From Phycisphaerae bacterium (GTDB lineage: Bacteria; Planctomycetota; Phycisphaerae; Sedimentisphaerales; Anaerobacaceae), in contig JAQURJ010000064.1 of assembly GCA_028715705.1 (NCBI GenBank), positions 1 through 12,679 of the forward strand: a stretch of DNA of 12,679 bases, given 5' to 3'. Both the position numbers and the translations under genes were made by a program. Below, piece by piece: positions 7,322 to 12,679 of this stretch; position 1 is the stretch's first letter; each line of letters begins with the position of its first letter. The notes under the pieces are model-generated. The model did no database searches. It was given only the letters and a program-made list of their open reading frames with translations, and had not been told where the DNA came from.

Positions 7322-8821
7322 ATGGAACATCATTTCGAGGTTGATTCTTTCAGTAATTTTCGCAAGATGTTATTTTTACTTTTTGTTTCGTTTATTATAG
7401 TAATGGGGCTGATATTTGTCTCTGTAACCAATATCGGCGGCAATGAGGTCGGGATAGTGGAAAAGATGTTCGGCGGGGGGAAAATGGGTGCGGGCAAAAT
7501 ACTTGCTGTTAACGGCGAGAACGGCATTCAGGCGCAGGTTCTTGCGCCAGGGTGGCATTTTTTCTACTGGCCATGGCAGTATAAAATATCAAAAATCGCC
7601 GTAACCGAAATCGCTGAGGGCTCTGTCGGCCTTGTTCAGTCGGCAGACGGAATAAGCCTTCCTCCGGATACTATCTATGCGCCGGAATGGAAAGAACCGG
7701 ATCAGATGCTTAAAGCGGAATATTTTCTTGGCGAAGGGAACGGCTATCGCGGTCCACAGCTTAGCGTTTTGAAACCCGGTAAATACCGTCTCAACAGCCG
7801 GCTGTTCAAAATTGAAACAGTGCCGGTAACAAATGTCCGAGTCGGAACGGTGGCGGTTATCAAAAGCAATGTTGGAAAGGCGGTCGATTCGGATGAACGG
7901 CTTGTGGAAGTCGGTCAGCGGGGGATATGGAAAACGCCGCTGGGCGAGGGACAGTTTTATCTGAATACAAAAGCGTATGAAGTGACAATGATAGACACTC
8001 GTCAGGCAACGATAAGCTATACTCCTGAAAGAGATAAAAAAACAAATGCCGAGGCGCTAAGCCCTATGACGGTTCGTAGCAGCGACGGCTTTACTTTTCC
8101 GGTCGATGTTCGAGTGACATATCAAATAGACCGTGACAATGCCCCGCGTGTTGTCGCGACGGTGGGTGACGATGCTATGGTGCTTACAAAGCTGGTGACA
8201 CCTTCGGTTCGGGCTATATTTCGGAATAACGCCGAAAAAGTAAAGGCTCTCGATTACGTTCAACAGCGTTCGCAGCAGGAGCAGCAGAGTAATATACTTT
8301 TGAAAGAGGAACTGGGAAAGTATGGCGTGACATTGCTGGCGGTGCGAATAGGGGACGTGGGTAATGTAGAAACTCTTGGACAGTTGCTCAAGACGCAGAC
8401 TGACCGTGAGATTGCTCTTCAGGAACAAAAGACATTTGAGGAACAGCAGCGGGCTGCTGAAAAACAAAAGGCCCTGACGAAAACCACGCAGGAAGCCGAA
8501 GAGGAAAAACGGCTGGCCACGGCTTCATACAGCGTGAAGGTCGCAGAGCAGGAAAAACAGCGGGTTATCATAGAGGCACAGGCAGAGGCCGAGCAGATCA
8601 AACTTGTTGCCGACGCCAAGAGCCAGGCATATAAACTGATAGCCTCGGCTATTGGCGAAAATAACGCGGCATTGATCGAGATAATGAAGATAGCGTCCGA
8701 GCGGGGTATTAAGATAACGCCTGATGTTATGGTTGGCGGAACGGCTGGCGGTGCGACCGATGCACTGATGGGCACGATTCTGAAAGGGATGCTCAACGGT
8801 GAAGCTGTGAAAAAGAATTAG
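7322..8821 (+). CDS. flotillin-like SPFH/band-7 domain membrane protein (YqiK/FloT-like) with C-terminal E/Q/A-rich coiled-coil
   Basis: N-terminal TM segment 'MLFLLFVSFIIVMGLIFVSV'. SPFH-like core. A long 'EQQRAAEKQKALTKTTQEAEEEKR...QAEAEQIKLVADAKSQAY' repeat region is typical of flotillins. Good SD. Confidence 0.75.
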   Translation: MEHHFEVDSFSNFRKMLFLLFVSFIIVMGLIFVSVTNIGGNEVGIVEKMFGGGKMGAGKILAVNGENGIQAQVLAPGWHFFYWPWQYKISKIAVTEIAEGSVGLVQSADGISLPPDTIYAPEWKEPDQMLKAEYFLGEGNGYRGPQLSVLKPGKYRLNSRLFKIETVPVTNVRVGTVAVIKSNVGKAVDSDERLVEVGQRGIWKTPLGEGQFYLNTKAYEVTMIDTRQATISYTPERDKKTNAEALSPMTVRSSDGFTFPVDVRVTYQIDRDNAPRVVATVGDDAMVLTKLVTPSVRAIFRNNAEKVKALDYVQQRSQQEQQSNILLKEELGKYGVTLLAVRIGDVGNVETLGQLLKTQTDREIALQEQKTFEEQQRAAEKQKALTKTTQEAEEEKRLATASYSVKVAEQEKQRVIIEAQAEAEQIKLVADAKSQAYKLIASAIGENNAALIEIMKIASERGIKITPDVMVGGTAGGATDALMGTILKGMLNGEAVKKN

Positions 8822-8914
8822 TTCCTGGTTGCTATTCTGGATTCGCGCTTTCGCTGGAATAACAATATACTTTAATGTATTTTTTCAACAGTTAATAAAA
8901 ACCGCGTGGGCAAC

Positions 8915-8931
8915 ATCCGCTAAAAGCGGAT
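8915..8931. terminator. short hairpin ATCCGCT-AAA-AGCGGAT between convergent genes (possible weak bidirectional terminator)
   Basis: Perfect 7-bp inverted repeat in the 135-bp gap between the flotillin gene (+) and the small membrane gene (-). The flanking runs are A-rich (+) and not clearly T-rich (-), so confidence is low. Confidence 0.22.
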
Positions 8932-8956
8932 AAAATTGTCCACCCTAAGAAACTTA

Positions 8957-9286
8957 TTACAGGTCTTGAATTTCGGATTTGCGGATTTCGTTTTCGATGC
9001 GGTTCTGGCTGTCCCAGATAGTAAAATACATAGTCAAACGCACATGCGCCCATATTTTTATAACAGCGACATTCACAATTCCCGTAAGCGCAAGGAACAA
9101 GCCCATAAAATGCTGTTTCAAATTATTGTCAGGTGCATCAATGAGAACATTAAGCCCCCAGATAGCAATTCCAACTGATATAAGCAGGAAAATCCAATAA
9201 GCTATTTCTGTCTTTTGGACTTTGTTCAGAATGTCATCGCATGTCGGTGTTTCTTTAAAACTCTGTGCCCAGTTAAATAATCTCAT
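8957..9286 (-). CDS. small two-TM membrane protein, paralog A (109 aa), C-terminus ...RKSEIQDL
   Basis: Predicted TM1 is 'IAYWIFLLISVGIAIWGLNVLI' and TM2 is 'HFMGLFLALTGIVNVAVIKIWA'. A charged amphipathic tail follows. A GGAG SD lies 8 nt upstream. It is the last gene of a 3-gene minus-strand operon and is paralogous to the upstream gene (shared 'ILNKVQKTEIAYW' / 'ILHKVERAEIMYNVW', 'WD', terminal 'QDL'). Confidence 0.6.
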   Translation of the reverse strand: MRLFNWAQSFKETPTCDDILNKVQKTEIAYWIFLLISVGIAIWGLNVLIDAPDNNLKQHFMGLFLALTGIVNVAVIKIWAHVRLTMYFTIWDSQNRIENEIRKSEIQDL

Positions 9287-9303
9287 AATATGTCTCCCTA
9301 AAA

Positions 9304-9630
9304 TTAAAGGTCTTGTGCATTCGTTTTTCTTTCTTCACTTTCCAGAAGTTCCATCTTGTCCCAAAGGGCTTTATACCTTTCCAGTTTGAGATGGCTTTTT
9401 ATCGAATTCTCAATCAAACCACCCACACTGCATACATACAAGGCTAACCCCAAAAAAGTGCCTTTGCTGCTCGATGGTGCTAACAAAATAATTGCTATAC
9501 CTAAAAATGTCATAAGCGTGTAACATCCGCCCCAAACATTGTACATAATTTCAGCCCTCTCGACTTTGTGAAGAATCTCTTCTTTCGAGCAGGTTTCTTG
9601 AATAGTATCTTTCCACTTTAAGAACTTCAT
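9304..9630 (-). CDS. small two-TM membrane protein, paralog B (108 aa), C-terminus ...RKTNAQDL
   Basis: Predicted TM1 is 'VWGGCYTLMTFLGIAIILLA' and TM2 is 'GTFLGLALYVCSVGGLI'. The charged tail is 'KSHLKLERYKALWDKMELLESEERKTNAQDL'. A GGAG SD lies 8-9 nt upstream. It lies 22 nt downstream of the HTH gene and 17 nt upstream of paralog A. Confidence 0.6.
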   Translation of the reverse strand: MKFLKWKDTIQETCSKEEILHKVERAEIMYNVWGGCYTLMTFLGIAIILLAPSSSKGTFLGLALYVCSVGGLIENSIKSHLKLERYKALWDKMELLESEERKTNAQDL

Positions 9631-9652
9631 AATTTTGTCTCCCTAAAAATAT

Positions 9653-9949
9653 TTAGCTTTCTTTATCTTTTTCAAATTCTTTTATCAGTATTCTCGCGAT
9701 TGAAATGTCGAGTTTTCCTTCGGCTGCGAGCGTTTGCACTTTCTGGTGGAACGGCGTTTTCGCTTTGTGTGAATCGAGGATGCGTACCTTGTCGATAAGA
9801 CGATTCAGCCGGATGCGGACGGTCGGGTAGCTGATGCCGTACTGATTGGCGACATCCTTCAGCGACCCCGAAGCCAGCAGCAGCCGCTTGATAAACTGCC
9901 AGTCCTCTTCGCTCAATTCCTTAGCCCATTGCGGTATATTTTCACTCAT
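9653..9949 (-). CDS. small HTH protein, DUF2089-like / sigma-70-region-4-like DNA-binding domain (98 aa)
   Basis: 'LSEEDWQFIKRLLLASGSLKDVANQYGISYPTVRIRLNRLIDKV' matches the DUF2089 C-terminal HTH consensus (L.EE..F...FL...GN.KE.E..LGISYPTV+.RL...I). It lacks the N-terminal Zn-ribbon seen in many family members. First gene of the minus-strand operon. Confidence 0.6.
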   Translation of the reverse strand: MSENIPQWAKELSEEDWQFIKRLLLASGSLKDVANQYGISYPTVRIRLNRLIDKVRILDSHKAKTPFHQKVQTLAAEGKLDISIARILIKEFEKDKES

Positions 9950-10019
9950 AATAAAAACCCATAACCTTTAATATTCTTAAATATCACTTTAACTTTTTTA
10001 AAGCAAGGGAAAACTTAAT

Positions 10020-10037
10020 AAAATTAAAAATAATTTT
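10020..10037. promoter_or_regulatory. inverted repeat AAAATTA-N4-TAATTTT (candidate operator) about 70-90 bp upstream of the HTH gene start
   Basis: Perfect 7-bp inverted repeat read in the AT-rich spacer. 'TAATTTTAA' recurs at 10031-10039 and 10081-10089, and a second inverted repeat, ACTAATT(10079-10085)...AATTAGT(10104-10110), is nearby. Confidence 0.25.
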
Positions 10038-10321
10038 AATATTGTTAAAGATTAGCGGGTGACAAATCAGTTATACATACTAATTTTAACAAAAATAGTA
10101 TATAATTAGTATTTCATAACATTTGTTATTGAAAAGACTTATGCATCAGTCACTCTTTTAAAAACATCGTTTTGAAAAAAAACCGGCACATCGTTTAATA
10201 TGTTTGGTTGTGCTTAAAACCGAAGGTTAGAAACAGTTTTCCAATTTTCTATAAAATGTTGAAAAATAGCGATTTGCTTTGACTGCGAGGGGTAATTTTG
10301 TTAAAAGAAAGAGTTTATTTT

Positions 10322-10365
10322 GATGGTGGGAGGTATTGCGCCTGCGATGTGGTAGTTTTCGCAGG
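10322..10365 (+). promoter_or_regulatory. pheA 5' leader: 11-codon mini-ORF (MMVGGIAPAMW) whose stop is embedded in a hairpin CCTGCGA-N11-TCGCAGG
   Basis: ATG ATG GTG ... TGG TAG at 10322-10357. A 7-bp GC-rich inverted repeat lies at 10341-10347 / 10359-10365. A TTGACT(10277-10282)-N17-TAAAAG promoter-like element lies upstream. Function is uncertain. Confidence 0.25.
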
Positions 10366-10385
10366 GCAGGTATTACTGAAAGTCT

Positions 10386-11468
10386 TTGAAAGATATGGAT
10401 TTAGATAAATTACGAAAAAGAATAGACGATCTTGATGTCGAATTGGTTCGGCTGCTCAATGAGCGTGCGCAGGTGGTGGAGGAAATTGGCAAGCTCAAGA
10501 ATAAGGGCGGCGGGCAGATTTACGCCCCCGACCGTGAAAAGCAGGTTTTCGAGCGGATCAAGGCAGCGAACAAAGGGCCATTGCCTGATAAGTGCCTCAT
10601 AGCCGTTTGGCGGGAGCTTATGAGCGGGTCATTCTTTTTGGAGAGGCCTTTGCGTATAGGGTATCTTGGTCCGGGCGGCAGTTTCAGCCATACGGCTGCG
10701 ATGCTGAAATTCGGGCAGAGCGTGGAATACGAACCTTTGACTGATATTCGGGCGATATTCGATGAGGTGAGCAAGGGGCATTGCGACCTTGGTGTGGTGC
10801 CGATAGAGAATACGACAGGCGGCGGCGTGATCGAGACGCTGGACGCATTTATAGATTCGGATGTGCATGTGTGCAACGAAGTTATGATGGCGATACATCA
10901 TAACCTGCTGGCGAATTGCCCTTTTGAAAAAATTGAAAAGATATATTCCAAGCCGGAGATATTTGCGCAGTGCCGCAACTGGCTGAGTGCTACGTTCAAA
11001 GAGGCCAAAACTATCCCTGTTGCCAGCAGCGCTCGTGCGGCACAGATGGCGGCACAGGAAGAAGGCGCGGCAGCGATAGGTTCGATAATTGCCGCTGAGC
11101 TTTACGGCTTGAAGGTTGTATGCGAAAATGTAGAAGATATAGCGAACAATACGACGCGGTTTTTTGTTATCGCCAAAGAGGATGCGCGTCCTACCGGCGA
11201 CGATAAGACCGCTATTGTGTTCAGTACGGGTCACAAGGCCGGTGCGCTTGCGGATGTGCTGGATGTTTTCAAGTCGTATAAGATAAATTTGACGAATATC
11301 GAATCGCGTCCGAGCAAGAAACGGGCGTGGGAGTATTATTTCTTTATGGATTTTGTTGGGCATCGTACGGATGCCAACGCGATTAAAGCTCTCGAGGAAT
11401 CTCGCGGGCATTGTTTGCAGCTTTCGGTGCTGGGCAGTTTTCCGCGAGCGAATGAGCTATTGGAATGA
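10386..11468 (+). CDS. pheA: bifunctional chorismate mutase / prephenate dehydratase (P-protein)
   Basis: N-terminal chorismate mutase helix 'LDKLRKRIDDLDVELVRLLNERAQVV'. Prephenate dehydratase core 'RIGYLGPGGSFSHTAA'. C-terminal ACT domain 'ESRPSKKRAWEYYFFMDFVGH'. The ORF-track start is TTG 10386, and ATG 10395 (MDLDK...) is an equally plausible start. Confidence 0.9.
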   Translation: MKDMDLDKLRKRIDDLDVELVRLLNERAQVVEEIGKLKNKGGGQIYAPDREKQVFERIKAANKGPLPDKCLIAVWRELMSGSFFLERPLRIGYLGPGGSFSHTAAMLKFGQSVEYEPLTDIRAIFDEVSKGHCDLGVVPIENTTGGGVIETLDAFIDSDVHVCNEVMMAIHHNLLANCPFEKIEKIYSKPEIFAQCRNWLSATFKEAKTIPVASSARAAQMAAQEEGAAAIGSIIAAELYGLKVVCENVEDIANNTTRFFVIAKEDARPTGDDKTAIVFSTGHKAGALADVLDVFKSYKINLTNIESRPSKKRAWEYYFFMDFVGHRTDANAIKALEESRGHCLQLSVLGSFPRANELLE

Positions 11469-11557
11469 TTATTAAATAGCCGCGAATGAACGAATCGAGA
11501 CGGATTAACACGTATTAAAAATTTGGTGATATTTTGATTGATTTTGGGAGCAGAATA

Positions 11558-12316
11558 ATGCGAAAGCCTTTTGTGGCTGGTAACTGGAAAATGAATATGG
11601 ATGGCGAGTCAAGTATCGCGCTTGTTAAAGGCATCGCCGCTGAGCTTGACGGTGATATTCGCGAGCGTGTCGATGTCGCTGTTTGTCCGCCGTTTGTATA
11701 TCTTGCGGAGGTGGTATCGGCTGCCAGAAGTACTGGTATAGCCGTTGGGGCGCAGGACCTTTATTTCGAAAAGAACGGTGCGTTTACCGGTGAGATAAGC
11801 ACGGCAATGCTCAAAGACGTTGGCTGTAATTATGTTCTCTGCGGTCACAGCGAGCGGCGTCATGTTATAGGCGAAACCGATGAGCTTATAAACAAAAAGG
11901 TTACAGCCGCAATTAGCGGCGGGCTGCTTCCGATTTTGTGTGTGGGCGAATTACTCGAACAGCGCGATGCCGGCAAGACCGAAGAGGTGGTCGAAAAGCA
12001 GATTCGAGCGGGATTGGCGGGACTTAATGAGGCAAGGGCAATGGCGGTAACGATTGCTTATGAGCCTGTGTGGGCTATAGGAACGGGACGGAACGCTACG
12101 CCGCAGCAGGCGCAGGAAGTGCATGCGATGATACGCGGGCTTCTTGCCGAGATGTATGGTCAGAAGCTGGCAGAGCAGACGCGAATCCAGTATGGCGGTT
12201 CGGCTAAGCCAGATAACGCTGGCGAACTATTGCGCCAGCCGGATATTGACGGTTTGCTTGTGGGCGGTGCGAGCCTGAAAGCCGATTCTTTCGCAGCGAT
12301 TTTTAGAAGTGTTTAA
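11558..12316 (+). CDS. tpiA: triosephosphate isomerase
   Basis: Motifs 'AGNWKMN', 'CGHSERR', 'AYEPVWAIGTG', 'QYGGS'. A GGGAG SD precedes ATG 11558. The upstream extension to 11534 is unlikely. Confidence 0.93.
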   Translation: MRKPFVAGNWKMNMDGESSIALVKGIAAELDGDIRERVDVAVCPPFVYLAEVVSAARSTGIAVGAQDLYFEKNGAFTGEISTAMLKDVGCNYVLCGHSERRHVIGETDELINKKVTAAISGGLLPILCVGELLEQRDAGKTEEVVEKQIRAGLAGLNEARAMAVTIAYEPVWAIGTGRNATPQQAQEVHAMIRGLLAEMYGQKLAEQTRIQYGGSAKPDNAGELLRQPDIDGLLVGGASLKADSFAAIFRSV

Positions 12317-12401
12317 TTAAGACAAGAATTTACGCGGAAATTTTAGACACCGGTTACAAATGTTTTAAAGTATAAAATTTGAAAATTGAGAGGAAAAAAA
12401 G

Positions 12402-12679
12402 ATGACGATTTGCCCGATACTGGCGGTAGGTTTCATAATGAAAGCGGTGGCTGTTTTGTGGTTTCTGAGTGCTTTGGTTTTGATACTAATAATCCTTATT
12501 CAAAAAGGTCGCGGCGGCGGTCTTAGTGGCGCGTTCGGCGGCGGCGGAATGGCCAGCAGTGTTCTTGGGACCAAGACCGGCGATTTTCTGACCTGGGCTA
12601 CGATATGTTTGGTGGGACTATTTTTTGTGCTGCTTATTGTGATGGCTCGTTTCTATCATCCTTCGGTGGGGCAGTATGC
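12402..12679 (+). CDS. secG: preprotein translocase subunit SecG (5' partial, runs off window end)
   Basis: '...FLSALVLILIILIQKGRGGGLSGAFGGGGMASSVLGTKTGDFLTWAT...' matches the SecG TM1/Gly-rich loop/TM2 pattern. Conserved tpiA-secG synteny. A GAGAGGA SD precedes ATG 12402. Confidence 0.8.
   Translation, partial: MTICPILAVGFIMKAVAVLWFLSALVLILIILIQKGRGGGLSGAFGGGGMASSVLGTKTGDFLTWATICLVGLFFVLLIVMARFYHPSVGQY

Noticed and set aside
8936-9200. Plus-strand ORFs 8936-9178 and 8979-9200 antisense to small membrane protein A
   Set aside because: The minus-strand frame has paralog support, a GGAG SD and a clean two-TM architecture. The plus-strand frames are AT-rich-codon artefacts with no SD.
10322-10357. 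pheL-type phenylalanine attenuator leader peptide upstream of pheA
   Set aside because: The mini-ORF contains no Phe codons, and no T-rich tract follows the hairpin. It is kept only as a generic uORF/hairpin observation.
10629-11411. 260-aa minus-strand ORF antisense to pheA
   Set aside because: It overlaps a confidently identified pheA on the opposite strand. Its translation is Arg-rich and low-complexity with no recognisable domain.
1-12679. CRISPR arrays, tRNA/rRNA genes, integrase or att sites flanking the AT-rich islet
   Set aside because: No regularly spaced direct repeats, no GC-rich cloverleaf-like segments, and no recombinase ORF were found by reading. The islet's boundaries are therefore defined only by composition and gene orientation.

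Overview
Bacterial chromosomal window dominated by a complete, translationally coupled [NiFe]-hydrogenase maturation cluster, hypF-hypC-hypD-hypE-hypA-hypB (869-6528, + strand). The cluster is followed by an overlapping HAD-family hydrolase gene, and no hydrogenase structural genes fall inside the window. Upstream of hypF is an accessory scar. It holds an N-terminal fragment of a nucleotidyltransferase (MNT-like) gene interrupted at about nt 347, next to a C-terminal remnant of an IS4/IS701-type DDE transposase on the minus strand. A pyrimidine-rich tract with a C9 homopolymer precedes both. Downstream, on the + strand, are a flotillin-like SPFH/band-7 membrane protein, pheA (chorismate mutase/prephenate dehydratase), tpiA and the 5' part of secG. 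The most unusual part is a compact, AT-rich minus-strand module wedged between the flotillin gene and pheA (8957-9949, plus a ~436-bp AT-rich spacer). It is a small DUF2089-like/sigma-region-4-like HTH protein followed by two paralogous ~108-aa two-transmembrane proteins with charged C-terminal tails ending in QDL. Each paralog is preceded by an identical 13-nt SD-containing sequence. I do not recognise these as a described system and flag them as the best candidate for an uncharacterised membrane-acting module (holin-like, stress or abortive-infection type). No rRNA, tRNA or CRISPR array was seen.
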